64,000 nucleotides of DNA from Clostridia bacterium (GTDB lineage: Bacteria > Bacillota > Clostridia > Oscillospirales > Acutalibacteraceae), in contig JAGAMO010000015.1 of assembly GCA_017624675.1 (NCBI GenBank), positions 5,420 through 69,419 on the forward strand, in the 5' to 3' direction. A model generated the notes under the pieces. The model did not search any database. It saw only the letters and a list, made by a program, of their open reading frames with translations, and had not been told where the DNA came from. Shown piece after piece: positions 49,270 through 58,592 of the stretch (position 1 is the first letter of the stretch; every line of letters begins with the position of its first letter). The position numbers and the translations under genes are program-made.

Positions 49270-49745
49270 TTAAATGTAAAATTATCGCTTTAGGCTCCCT
49301 AAAGGAAAAATATTTTAAGGATGCTTGCGCTGAATATCAAAAAAGACTTACAAGATTTTGCAATTTAGAAATATGCGAAATCGAGCCTGTAAAATTGCCC
49401 GAAAATCCATCGGCAGGGGAAATTGATGCAGCACTTAAAAAAGAGGCAGAGCAAATTATAAAGAAAATTCCTCAAAACTCAAGGGTAATTGCCCTTTGTG
49501 TTGAGGGAAAGGAAAAATCAAGCGAAGACTTTGCTTCATATATTGAAGAAGTGTTAAATTTAGGGCAGGGGATTTGCTTTATAATAGGCAGTTCTTATGG
49601 ATTAAGTGAAGAGGTTAAAAGGTTAGCGAATTTAAGGTTTTCACTGTCTATTATGACCTTTCCGCATAAACTTTTCAGAGTGATGCTCTTAGAACAGCTT
49701 TATCGTGGTTTCATGATAAATCAAGGCTCAAAATACCACAAATAA
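49266..49745 (+). CDS. rlmH: 23S rRNA (pseudouridine1915-N3)-methyltransferase
   Basis: 159-aa SPOUT-family protein. FIIGSSYGLSEEV...SLSIMTFPHKLFRVMLLEQLYR is typical RlmH. Confidence 0.9.
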   Translation: MIKCKIIALGSLKEKYFKDACAEYQKRLTRFCNLEICEIEPVKLPENPSAGEIDAALKKEAEQIIKKIPQNSRVIALCVEGKEKSSEDFASYIEEVLNLGQGICFIIGSSYGLSEEVKRLANLRFSLSIMTFPHKLFRVMLLEQLYRGFMINQGSKYHK

Positions 49746-49749
49746 AACA

Positions 49750-49776
49750 AAAGCCAACCGAAAGGTTGGCTTTTTT
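49750..49776. terminator. Bidirectional terminator between rlmH and clpX
   Basis: AAGCCAACC-GAAA-GGTTGGCTT flanked by A- and T-runs. Confidence 0.8.
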
Positions 49777-51012
49777 CTATGCTCTGATAATCTCGGCGTC
49801 TTTGCCCAAAACAGTATCAGCAGTTATAACAATTTTCTTTATTGTCTTGTCAGAGGGGGATTCGAACATATATTTTTGCAAAGTTCCCTCAATTATGGAA
49901 CGAAGACCTCGCGCACCCGTTTTACGCTCGACTGTGAGTTCGGCGATTTTTTGAATAGCACTGTCATCAAACTCGAGTTCAATGCCGTCCATCTCGAAAA
50001 GTGCCTCATATTGTCTTAAAATGGCATTTTTAGGCTCTTTCATAATACGGATAAGGGTTTGCTCGTCCATACCCTTAAGAGCTGTAATAACGGGCAATCT
50101 GCCAACAAGTTCGGGGATTAAACCGAACTTTACAAGGTCTTGGTGAGTAGCCAAACTTGAAATATCGGTTGCCTCTAAGCTCTTGGGGGATTTAACCTCT
50201 GCGCCAAAACCAAGGCTTGAGCCACCTTGACGCTTTTCAATCACCTTGTCAATGCCGTCAAATGCGCCCGCACATATAAACAAGATATTTGTTGTATCAA
50301 CCTGTATGAAATCTTGTTGAGGATGCTTTCTGCCACCCTGAGGGGGAACATTGGAAACAGTGCCCTCTAGAATCTTTAAAAGTGCCTGTTGAACACCTTC
50401 ACCGCTAACATCGCGTGTTATAGATGGGTTTTCGGATTTACGGGCAATTTTATCAATTTCGTCAACATAAATAATTCCGCGTTCTGCCTTTTCAACGTCA
50501 TAGTCTGCCGCTTGGATGAGTCTTAGCAAAATGTTTTCAACATCTTCGCCGACATAACCCGCTTCGGTCAAAGTTGTAGCGTCGGTAATTGCAATCGGCA
50601 CATCAAGAATTTTTGCTAATGTCTGAGCCAAAAGTGTTTTACCAACACCCGTTGGACCGAGCATAAGCACATTACTCTTGTTGAGTTCAACATCATTGTC
50701 GGTATTCTTGAAAATACGCTTATAATGATTGTAAACCGCAACGGCAAGGCTCTTTTTAGCATCATCCTGACCGATTACATATTGGTCGAGTTGAAATTTA
50801 ATTTCTTGCGGAGTGGGGAGAACGAAGTCCTTCTCCTGTGTCTTTTTTTTAGAAGCTTTGGCAAGATTTTCATCATCTAAAAGAAGGGAACTGCAAAATT
50901 CAATACAGTTGTCGCATATAAAAACATTTGGACCTTCAATTAAACGGGAAACTTCGTCCTGAGTTCTTCCGCAAAAGGAACAGCGGATTTCAGTATCTTT
51001 TTTGTTAGGCAT
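49777..51012 (-). CDS. clpX: ATP-dependent Clp protease ATP-binding subunit ClpX
   Basis: N-terminal zinc module CSFCG...CDNC, Walker A GPTGVGKT, Walker [10 protein letters not shown]. Confidence 0.95.
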   Translation of the reverse strand: MPNKKDTEIRCSFCGRTQDEVSRLIEGPNVFICDNCIEFCSSLLLDDENLAKASKKKTQEKDFVLPTPQEIKFQLDQYVIGQDDAKKSLAVAVYNHYKRIFKNTDNDVELNKSNVLMLGPTGVGKTLLAQTLAKILDVPIAITDATTLTEAGYVGEDVENILLRLIQAADYDVEKAERGIIYVDEIDKIARKSENPSITRDVSGEGVQQALLKILEGTVSNVPPQGGRKHPQQDFIQVDTTNILFICAGAFDGIDKVIEKRQGGSSLGFGAEVKSPKSLEATDISSLATHQDLVKFGLIPELVGRLPVITALKGMDEQTLIRIMKEPKNAILRQYEALFEMDGIELEFDDSAIQKIAELTVERKTGARGLRSIIEGTLQKYMFESPSDKTIKKIVITADTVLGKDAEIIRA

Positions 51013-51022
51013 TTTTTAACCT

Positions 51023-51610
51023 CTATCTTTTTGTAATAACCTTGTCAATAAGACCGTATTCCAAAGCTTCTTGTGCGGACATAAAATTGTCCCTCTCGGT
51101 ATCCTTTTCAATAACCTCTAAAGGCTTACCAGTATTTTCAGCTAAAATTTTGTTTAAGTTTGCTCTGGTCTTTTCAATGTGACTTGCGTGAATTAAAATG
51201 TCGGTAGCCTGACCTTGTGCTTGGCCGAGAGGCTGATGAATCATAATTTCACTGTTGGGCAATGCCAAGCGTTTGCCTTTAGCACCAGCGCTCAAAAGGA
51301 AAGCGCCCATCGAAGCTGCCATACCCATACAAATAGTGCTAACATCACACTTGATGTATTGCATAGTATCATAAATTGCAAGACCTGCAGAAACAGAACC
51401 GCCGGGGCTGTTAATGTAAAAACTGATGTCTTTATCGGGGTCCTGACCCTCGAGATATAAAAGCTGAGCGATAATAACACTTGCAGATGCGTTATCAACC
51501 TGGTCGTTAAGCATAATGATTCGGTCGTTTAAAAGACGGGAGAAAATGTCGTAAGAACGCTCTCCTCTGCCTGTTTGCTCTATAACATAAGGTATCATTG
51601 TCATATCCAT
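51023..51610 (-). CDS. clpP: ATP-dependent Clp protease proteolytic subunit ClpP
   Basis: [19 protein letters not shown], the catalytic Ser context GMAASMGA, and MIHQP. Start is at 51610 after RBS AAAGGA. The longer tracked ORF crosses the tig terminator. Confidence 0.95.
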   Translation of the reverse strand: MDMTMIPYVIEQTGRGERSYDIFSRLLNDRIIMLNDQVDNASASVIIAQLLYLEGQDPDKDISFYINSPGGSVSAGLAIYDTMQYIKCDVSTICMGMAASMGAFLLSAGAKGKRLALPNSEIMIHQPLGQAQGQATDILIHASHIEKTRANLNKILAENTGKPLEVIEKDTERDNFMSAQEALEYGLIDKVITKR

Positions 51611-51632
51611 AGTAAAAATTCCTTTCTGTATT

Positions 51633-51662
51633 ATATAAAACGCCGACATTTAAGCCGGCGTT
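51633..51662 (-). terminator. Hairpin/terminator between tig and clpP
   Basis: Minus strand: AACGCCG-GCUUAAAUGU-CGGCGUU followed by UUAU. Confidence 0.5.
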
Positions 51663-51709
51663 TTAATTACCTAATAAAAGTATTGACGGCTTTAAAAATA
51701 TTTAATCAA

Positions 51710-53080
51710 TTATTCTTCCGTCTTCTTAGTGGTGGTTTTCTTTGCTGTTGAAGTTGTCTTCTTAGCAGCGGGTTTCTTTTCAGCCTTTGCTTCAACCTCA
51801 GTAATTACTGCATTTTCTTTAATAAGGTCAATAGCTTTTCCAACTGCTAAATCTTTTGCAATTTCCTCGGTAGGAACAGCGTTGCGGATTTGCTCAGCTT
51901 CCATACCGTAATCTTTAGCCATCTTCTCGATTTGAGCGTTAATGTCTTCCTCGGTAGCCTCAATCTTCTCAAGCTCAACAATCTTCTCAAGAGCTAATCT
52001 AAACTTAACCTGAGACTCAGCCTGAGGACGGAAGGAGTTCTTAAACTCATCAAGAGTAGCGTTGGTGTACTGTAAATAGGTTTCAAGGTTAAGACCCTGA
52101 GACTGTAAACGGTAAGCAAACTCTTCAACGCTCTGATTTAAGCGGTTTTCGAACATAGCCTCGGGGATTTCGCCCTTGATGCTCTTAACGATTTGCTCAA
52201 CAAGAGCGTTTTCAACCTCTTCCTCAGCAACCTGTTGCTTTCTTTCAAGAGCTTTTTTCTTAATGTCTGCTCTTAAAGCGGTGAGGGTGTCAAATTCGCT
52301 AACATCCTTTGCAAACTCATCGTCGATAACTGGGAGTTCACGAACCTTGATTTCGTGAAGTTTACACTTGAAGGTAGCGTCTTTACCTGCAAGGTTTTCT
52401 GCACCGTACTCGGTGGGGAAGGTAACATTAACATCAAACTCTTCGCCGATGTTCTTACCAGCGATTTGCTCTTCGAAACCGGGGATAAATTGACCTGAGC
52501 CCAACTCTAAAGCGTAGCCCTCAGCCTTACCGCCGTCAAAAGCAACGCCGTCGCAGAAGCCTTCAAAATCGAAAGTAACAGTGTCGCCCATAGAGGCAGC
52601 TCTGTCAGTAACCTCTACCATACGAGCGTTACGCTCTGCCATAGCATTAATCTGAGCGTCAACCTCAGACTTAGCTACCTTAGCAATAACTTTCTCAGCC
52701 TTTAAGCCTTTGTATTCGCCGATTTCAATTTCGGGATAGGTGGTAACGGTAACCTTAAAGTCAACGCCATCTTCCTTAGAAATAGAAACCATATCGAAAT
52801 CCATCTTGTCGTTGATAACCTTGAGACCAGATTCGGTAATAGCCTCGTCAACCACATCAGCATATATAAGGTTTAAAGCATCTTCAAAGAAAACCTCGCT
52901 GCCGTAGTATTTCTCAACGAAGCTGAAAGGAGCCTTGCCCTTTCTGAAACCGGGAACGCTGATGTTTTTAGCATTCTTTTTGTAAGCTTCTTTAATAGCT
53001 TCCTGGAATTTTGCACCGTCAACCAGAATTTCTAATTCGTATCTGTTGGTGCCTACATTTTTAGTTGCTTTTAAACTCAT
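51710..53080 (-). CDS. tig: Trigger factor
   Basis: N-terminal ribosome-binding GFRKGKAP motif and a central FKBP-type PPIase domain. The Lys/Thr-rich C-terminal tail is unusual. Confidence 0.95.
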   Translation of the reverse strand: MSLKATKNVGTNRYELEILVDGAKFQEAIKEAYKKNAKNISVPGFRKGKAPFSFVEKYYGSEVFFEDALNLIYADVVDEAITESGLKVINDKMDFDMVSISKEDGVDFKVTVTTYPEIEIGEYKGLKAEKVIAKVAKSEVDAQINAMAERNARMVEVTDRAASMGDTVTFDFEGFCDGVAFDGGKAEGYALELGSGQFIPGFEEQIAGKNIGEEFDVNVTFPTEYGAENLAGKDATFKCKLHEIKVRELPVIDDEFAKDVSEFDTLTALRADIKKKALERKQQVAEEEVENALVEQIVKSIKGEIPEAMFENRLNQSVEEFAYRLQSQGLNLETYLQYTNATLDEFKNSFRPQAESQVKFRLALEKIVELEKIEATEEDINAQIEKMAKDYGMEAEQIRNAVPTEEIAKDLAVGKAIDLIKENAVITEVEAKAEKKPAAKKTTSTAKKTTTKKTEE

Positions 53081-53190
53081 TTTTTATTAACCTCCGAAAT
53101 AGTGGTGCGACCACTAACATAATTGATGTAATTATATCACATATTTCAAAAAAATACCAGCATTTTTTTAAATTTATATAAAATATATAA

Positions 53191-53868
53191 TTATATTATC
53201 CTAACAGGAGTAAAATCAATGCAATCGCACGAAATCAAATGGAAATTGATGCCCTCAAAATGCTTTACGGCGTTGTTAAAACCCGAGCCGTGAATATGCC
53301 CGTGGTAAACATCCTTTATGTTATATTTTTGCAAAACATCTAAAATTTCACGGCAAATATAATCGCCGTAAACGGGTGGGTAGTGAAGAAAAACTAAAAT
53401 GGGCAAATTGGTTTCAAGCGCGGCTTTAATAGAGGTTTCAAGTCTTCCTGCTTCTCGCATTAAAACTTTTTTACTTCCCGAATTGTCATAAAACCAACCT
53501 CTTGTACCTGCAAGGGCATAACCATCCGTTACGATAGTGTTATTGAAAAGAAGTTGTGTGTCATCTATGTCATTTTCTTTAAAAAATTCGGTTATCTTTC
53601 TTTGTGTACTCCACCACAAATCGTGATTTCCTTTTAAAAGAATTTTTTTGCCGTTTAATTTTTTTAAAAATTCAAAATCTTCTGCGGTTTCATTAAGTTT
53701 TAATCCCCAAGATAAATCGCCTGCCAAAACGACTGTGTCATCATCGGTTACAAGCCTATTCCAATTTGCAAAAAGTCTTTCGGTGTGATTTTCCCAACCT
53801 CCGAAAATATCCATTGGCTTATCGGTTCCAAAGGATAAATGCAAATCGGAAATTCCAAAAATACTCAA
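53191..53868 (-). CDS. Calcineurin-like metallophosphoesterase
   Basis: GISDLHL, AGDLS, KGNHD and HGHIH metal-binding motifs. Confidence 0.75.
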   Translation of the reverse strand: MSIFGISDLHLSFGTDKPMDIFGGWENHTERLFANWNRLVTDDDTVVLAGDLSWGLKLNETAEDFEFLKKLNGKKILLKGNHDLWWSTQRKITEFFKENDIDDTQLLFNNTIVTDGYALAGTRGWFYDNSGSKKVLMREAGRLETSIKAALETNLPILVFLHYPPVYGDYICREILDVLQKYNIKDVYHGHIHGSGFNNAVKHFEGINFHLISCDCIDFTPVRII

Positions 53869-53888
53869 TGGATTTTCTCCTTTTTGCT

Positions 53889-53917
53889 GAATAATATATC
53901 TCGTCTTTCACATAATA
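53889..53917 (+). promoter_or_regulatory. Forespore-type (sigma-G/sigma-F-like) promoter candidate
   Basis: GAATA, 17-nt spacer, CATAATA. This fits the Bacillus consensus GHATR-N17/18-CATXHTA and lies about 40 nt upstream of the DUF1540 ATG. Confidence 0.4.
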
Positions 53918-53954
53918 GTTATGACTTTTAAAGTCAGAAAGGACGGGACTTAAA

Positions 53955-54116
53955 ATGAATAATTCGTGTGAGACCAAGTCTTGTATTAGCTGTAATGTTA
54001 AAAACTGTGTTTACCACGCCGAAAACGATACCTGTGCTGCAGGTAAAATCCATGTTGGCGACGGTATTGCAGATTCTTCGAAGGACACCTGCTGTGACAC
54101 CTTTAAGATGAAATAA
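53955..54116 (+). CDS. DUF1540-family small Cys-rich protein (53 aa; below the ORF-track cutoff)
   Basis: MNNSCETKSCISCNVKNCVYHAENDTCAAGKIHVGDGIADSSKDTCCDTFKMK. The C-x-V-x-x-C-x-Y-H...C-x-A...I-x-V...T-x-C-x-T-F pattern is typical of DUF1540. RBS AAAGGA upstream and a terminator downstream. Confidence 0.6.
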   Translation: MNNSCETKSCISCNVKNCVYHAENDTCAAGKIHVGDGIADSSKDTCCDTFKMK

Positions 54117-54130
54117 CTTTCATTACAGCA

Positions 54131-54162
54131 AACGGGTATATGTGAATATACCCGTTTTTTTT
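54131..54162 (+). terminator. Intrinsic terminator
   Basis: AACGGGTATA-TGTGAA-TATACCCGTT followed by TTTTTT. Confidence 0.8.
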
Positions 54163-54197
54163 ATGTCTTTATTAACCCTAATATTATAACCCTTTTT

Positions 54198-55046
54198 TTA
54201 CAGCTTTGCAATAAATTTATACCCGTTTTCAAAAAATATTTTGTCAAGCAGAGTCTTTTTAAGACCTCTTTTCTCTAAATAGTGATAAAGATAGGGGACA
54301 TCTGATGTTTTTTGTAGTTTTTTATCCATTTGAGCGCCGTCAAAATCCGTACCTATTGCTATATGATTTTCAAGATTTTTATCACATAAAACAAAAATGT
54401 TTTGATATATTTTTTCAAAAACATCACCGCCTAAAAACGGCGGATAAAATGTTAGTCCAATTATTCCACCTTTTTCAGTTATCAATTTAAATTGCTCTAA
54501 AGATAAATTTCTAGGGTGTTGGCAAATTTCAAAACAGTTTGAATGAGAGGCGAGTGGAAAATCGGCAATTTCCAAAGCCTTGAAAAAGGTTTTAGTGTTA
54601 AGATGGGAAAGGTCGGTTGCAATTTTTAATGTATTTAGCTTTTTAATAACTTCTCTGCCAAAATCAGTTAGTCCTTTATCACTTTTACAGCCGCCTCCAA
54701 TGGGATTTTCGCCGTTCCAAGTGAGTGTTAACATTTTAATGCCGTCCTTTTTTATAATTTCAAGTCTATCAATATCATTTTCTAAAACCCAGCCACCCTC
54801 AACTGCAAAAATCGGCGTTAAATTTAAAGGTTTATTTCTAAGTTTATTTTTAATGTGATTTAAAATATTTTTATAAAGTACAAATGGGTTTTCTGCATTA
54901 TCATTTATCCAAATAGCAAAGGTTTGTACCCATTTATGAAAACAGTCACTTGAATTTAGAGTGACACTTAGCACATTGTTTTTAAATGGTAAATTTCGTT
55001 TATATAACTCTAATGCTGTGTCACAGTGTAAATCTAAAAGATTCAT
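54198..55046 (-). CDS. Membrane dipeptidase family (peptidase M19) protein
   Basis: N-terminal DLHCDT and downstream TDLSHL, SHSN and GTDFDG metal-ligand motifs. Confidence 0.75.
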   Translation of the reverse strand: MNLLDLHCDTALELYKRNLPFKNNVLSVTLNSSDCFHKWVQTFAIWINDNAENPFVLYKNILNHIKNKLRNKPLNLTPIFAVEGGWVLENDIDRLEIIKKDGIKMLTLTWNGENPIGGGCKSDKGLTDFGREVIKKLNTLKIATDLSHLNTKTFFKALEIADFPLASHSNCFEICQHPRNLSLEQFKLITEKGGIIGLTFYPPFLGGDVFEKIYQNIFVLCDKNLENHIAIGTDFDGAQMDKKLQKTSDVPYLYHYLEKRGLKKTLLDKIFFENGYKFIAKL

Positions 55047-55094
55047 AATACCACCCTTTAAGATGATATTTAATTTGTATTTTTAAAAGACCAA

Positions 55095-55124
55095 ATAAAA
55101 AACGGCAAGAACATATCTTGCCGC
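55095..55124 (-). terminator. Terminator after the hemolysin-III-family gene
   Basis: Minus strand: CGGCAAGA-UAUGUUC... UCUUGCCG stem followed by UUUUUUA. Confidence 0.7.
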
Positions 55125-55131
55125 TTTGAAA

Positions 55132-55812
55132 TTAAACTAAAATATAAAATAAAATACCGATAAACTGTAAAAGTGAGCCGAGAACTACAAAGATATGGAA
55201 AACAGAGTGAAAATATCTAACGGTTTTCTTTCCCGCAATTCCGTAAAGGACAGCGCCTACTGTATATGCAATTCCTCCCGCTAAAATCCAAGCAAATCCT
55301 TTGGGGGTAAGGGCGGAGATGGCGTGTTTGCCAGTTAGGATAATACACCAACCTAAAGCAATATAGCAAATGTTAGAAAATAAGTTGTACTTTTTAAGGT
55401 CGATGGCATTGAGCGTTACACCAAGACAAGTAATCGCCCATACAAAACCGAAGACACCCCATCCGAGATATGGGTTATATTCTCTTAAAGCCGTAAGTGT
55501 TATGGGAGTGTATGTACCGGCTATCAGAAAAAATACCGAACAGTGGTCGATTACCTGCATTACCTTTTTTGCAGTGCCGTTTTTAAGGCCGTGATATACG
55601 CTTGACATTGTATATAAAACGACCATCGAAAAACCATATATAAACGAGCCTACAATTTGATAAGCGTCCCAATTTAAGAAAGATTTTACAACGCAAAGTG
55701 CGAAGATAATTATACCTAAACCGCCGCCTACAATGTGGGAAACCATATTAAAAATTTCCTCACCTTTTGTGTAGTCTGGAAGTTTTCGGTCGATAAGTTT
55801 TGTGCGCTTCAT
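55132..55812 (-). CDS. Hemolysin III / PAQR-family membrane protein
   Basis: Seven TM segments with EEIFNMVSH, SSVYH, DHCSVF and HSVFH motifs. RBS GAGGTG precedes the ATG at 55812. Confidence 0.85.
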   Translation of the reverse strand: MKRTKLIDRKLPDYTKGEEIFNMVSHIVGGGLGIIIFALCVVKSFLNWDAYQIVGSFIYGFSMVVLYTMSSVYHGLKNGTAKKVMQVIDHCSVFFLIAGTYTPITLTALREYNPYLGWGVFGFVWAITCLGVTLNAIDLKKYNLFSNICYIALGWCIILTGKHAISALTPKGFAWILAGGIAYTVGAVLYGIAGKKTVRYFHSVFHIFVVLGSLLQFIGILFYILV

Positions 55813-55910
55813 ATTCACCTCAAAAAAAGCATAATAAAAATGTAGAAAAATGTCAAAATGCTTTACATAAGTCAACTCTCGAAATTATTATGGAGTGACA
55901 TTTTTGCGAC

Positions 55911-56009
55911 TTATCAACATGGTTTTCCACCGTTTTTTAAGTAACAAAGCTTGATTTCACCAAGATTTACGCTTCAAACGGTGGATAACTTAGTTAATAA
56001 AGTGGAAAA
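55911..56009. promoter_or_regulatory. Cluster of four DnaA-box-like 9-mers
   Basis: TTATCAACA (55911-55919, 1 mismatch), TTTTCCACC (55923-55931, 2 mismatches), GGTGGATAA which is TTATCCACC on the other strand (55980-55988, 1 mismatch), and AGTGGAAAA which is TTTTCCACT on the other strand (56001-56009, 2 mismatches). All are scored against TTATCCACA. Confidence 0.3.
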
Positions 56010-56028
56010 CATAAAAGGTTGCTTAGGT

Positions 56029-57252
56029 TTACATAACAGTATTTTTTTCTAAGAGTTTATCCATTATTGAGGGTCCAAAATCAATATAGTTTCCGCTCTC
56101 TTTACAGTTGGCTTCAGTAAAGGTTTCAGCGCCTTTTTGAGGCTTTGAACTATCAAATAAAAGATAGGGAACAGGCTCTCTTGAGTGGGTCATTGTGCAA
56201 AGAGGAGTTGGGTGGTCGGGCATAATCAAAATTCGATGATCTTCATCTGAATTTTCAAAGTATTCGAGCAATAGTTTCAAGGAACGACTGTCTATCAGTT
56301 CAATGGCTTTAACTTTGTTTTGAGCTTCGCCTCTGTGTCCGCATTCATCGGGTGCTTCAAAGTGCAAATAAACCAAATCAGAGCCGTTTTTGAAAGCGCT
56401 TATTGCAGCATTTGTTTTACCTTCAAAGTCGGTATCAATATAACCTGTGGTGTTGGGTACATCGGGCGTATCCATTCCGCCGCAAATACCAATACCTTTC
56501 AAAAGGTCAACTGCGCTGATAACAGTACCCTTAACACCGTTTTTCTCCTTAAAGTTTTGAAGTTTGGGTTTTACACCCTCGCCCCAAAGCCAAATAGAGT
56601 TAGCTTCATTAAGACCTTTCTTGCGTCTTTCTATGTTAACGGGATGGTCTTTAAGTATATCATAACTATTTTTCATCAAGTCAATTAACGGTTTTGCATT
56701 TTCGCTGTTGCTTAGATGCTCTGCAATAACCTTACCGCTTATGTCGTGAGGAGGGGTAAGAGTGCCTAGGTCAGTTGTTCCGTTATCCACAACAAGACAG
56801 TGGCGGTAGCTTACGCCACCGTAGAATTTATAAATCTCGTTTCCAAGTTCTTTTTCAATGGTATTAATAATTTTATGCGCTTCCTCAGTTGAGATATCAC
56901 CCGCGCAGTAATCAACCATTGTTTTGTCTTCATATTTTTCTTCATTTGAAAGGGTTACAATGTTGCAACGAAGCGCAACATCGGTATCTTTAAGGTCAAC
57001 ACCGATAGAAGCTGCCTCTAATGGGGAACGACCGGTGTAGCATACATTGGGGTCATAACCCATAACAGATAGATTAGCAACATCACTGCCTGGCTTTAAA
57101 CCGTCGGCAACCGTTTTGCAAAGACCGATTTCTGCAGTGCGGCAGAGTCTATCCATATAAGGTTTATTGGCGCATTCCATAGGAGTCCTGTTATTTAAAG
57201 CCTCGTTTGGAATATCCGCCATACCGTCGCAAAGTAAAACTAAATATTTCAT
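56029..57252 (-). CDS. Cofactor-independent phosphoglycerate mutase-like (ApgM / alkaline-phosphatase superfamily) protein
   Basis: 407 aa. MKYLVLLCDGMAD N-terminus, YLHFEAPDECGHRG and MPDHPTP metal-site motifs typical of archaeal-type iPGM homologues. Confidence 0.8.
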   Translation of the reverse strand: MKYLVLLCDGMADIPNEALNNRTPMECANKPYMDRLCRTAEIGLCKTVADGLKPGSDVANLSVMGYDPNVCYTGRSPLEAASIGVDLKDTDVALRCNIVTLSNEEKYEDKTMVDYCAGDISTEEAHKIINTIEKELGNEIYKFYGGVSYRHCLVVDNGTTDLGTLTPPHDISGKVIAEHLSNSENAKPLIDLMKNSYDILKDHPVNIERRKKGLNEANSIWLWGEGVKPKLQNFKEKNGVKGTVISAVDLLKGIGICGGMDTPDVPNTTGYIDTDFEGKTNAAISAFKNGSDLVYLHFEAPDECGHRGEAQNKVKAIELIDSRSLKLLLEYFENSDEDHRILIMPDHPTPLCTMTHSREPVPYLLFDSSKPQKGAETFTEANCKESGNYIDFGPSIMDKLLEKNTVM

Positions 57253-57318
57253 AACATCACCATAAATTAATTATTATAATAATTATATCATAAAAAGCAA
57301 AAAAGTAAATATCTATTT

Positions 57319-57350
57319 AAAACAAAAGTTCCCTCTTCTGAGGGAACTTT
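57319..57350 (-). terminator. Terminator after lysC
   Basis: Minus strand: AAAGUUCCCUC-AGAA-GAGGGAACUUU followed by UGUUUU. Confidence 0.7.
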
Positions 57351-57361
57351 AGAAGTTTTTA

Positions 57362-58570
57362 TTAACCTAAAAATTTGTCGTGAACAGCGCTAACAGCCTT
57401 GTCAGCAACTTTAGCATCAATAAGTACCGAAATCTTGATTTCGCTTGTAGAAATCATATGGATGTTGATACCTGCATCATAAAGTGCCTCAAACATTTTA
57501 GCGGCAATACCTGGGTGGCTTTCCATACCTGCACCAACGATAGATACTTTAGAAATACTGTCATTTAAACTGATAGATTTGAAATCTAAAACTTCCTTCA
57601 TGCCTTCAATAGCTTCAACAGCAATCTGTCCTTGGTCAAGGGGAACTGAGAATGTAATGTCCTTTGTACCGTCACGGCCAACAGACTGAAGGATAATGTC
57701 AACATTAACCTTGTATTGAGCTAATTTGTTAAAGATTTTGAATGCAACACCTGGGGTGTCTTGTAAGCCAACGATAGAAATGGTAGCAACATTATTATCT
57801 TTTGCTACGCCTCTAATTAAAGTTTTTTCCATTTTAACAGTCTCCTTTACAATAGTGCCTGGTTTTACTTCAAGGCTTGAAAGAACTTCAAGCTCTACGT
57901 TATATTTTTTAGCCATCTCAACCGAGCGGTTATTCAGTACCTGAGCGCCGAGAGATGCGAGTTCCAGCATTTCATCATAGCTAATCTCATCCATTTTAAT
58001 AGCATTAGGAACTTTGCGGGGGTCTGCAGAGTAAACACCGTCAACATCAGTATAAATCTGGCACAAATCAGCCTTCATAGAAGCGGCAATTGCAACAGCG
58101 CTTGTGTCAGAGCCACCACGACCTAAAGTGGTAATGTCATCATACTTATTCAAGCCTTGGAAACCTGCAACAATTACAATGTTTTTCTTTGCAATTTCAG
58201 TTTTAATGCGTTCGGCATTAACTCTCTTTATACGGGAAATACCGTGGTGTGAATCGGTCTCAAACCCTGCTTGCCAACCGAGTAAGGAAACTGCGGGACA
58301 ACCGAGGGTTTCAATAGCCATAGCAAGTAAGGAAATAGAAATTTGTTCGCCCGATGCTAACAGCATATCCATCTCTCTTTTAGAGGGGTTTTTGGGATTG
58401 ATTTCCTTTGCTTTTGCGATTAAATCATCTGTTGTATCGCCTTGAGCGGACACAACAACAACTATATCGTTGCCTTTTTTATAATCGTCAATGATGCGTC
58501 TTGCAACATTGAAAACTCTTTCGGCGTTTGCAACAGATGAGCCGCCAAACTTTTTAACAATTAAAGACAT
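57362..58570 (-). CDS. lysC: Aspartate kinase
   Basis: VKKFGGSSV N-terminus, GRGGSDTSA, and two C-terminal ACT domains. 402 aa. Confidence 0.9.
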   Translation of the reverse strand: MSLIVKKFGGSSVANAERVFNVARRIIDDYKKGNDIVVVVSAQGDTTDDLIAKAKEINPKNPSKREMDMLLASGEQISISLLAMAIETLGCPAVSLLGWQAGFETDSHHGISRIKRVNAERIKTEIAKKNIVIVAGFQGLNKYDDITTLGRGGSDTSAVAIAASMKADLCQIYTDVDGVYSADPRKVPNAIKMDEISYDEMLELASLGAQVLNNRSVEMAKKYNVELEVLSSLEVKPGTIVKETVKMEKTLIRGVAKDNNVATISIVGLQDTPGVAFKIFNKLAQYKVNVDIILQSVGRDGTKDITFSVPLDQGQIAVEAIEGMKEVLDFKSISLNDSISKVSIVGAGMESHPGIAAKMFEALYDAGINIHMISTSEIKISVLIDAKVADKAVSAVHDKFLG

Positions 58571-58592
58571 AAATTATAACCTCCAAGGAATA

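Noticed and set aside
51612-51709. A search for CtsR (GGTCAAA repeat) or CIRCE elements upstream of clpP.
   Set aside because: Only a weak GTCAAT half-site is present, with no tandem repeat or inverted repeat matching either consensus.
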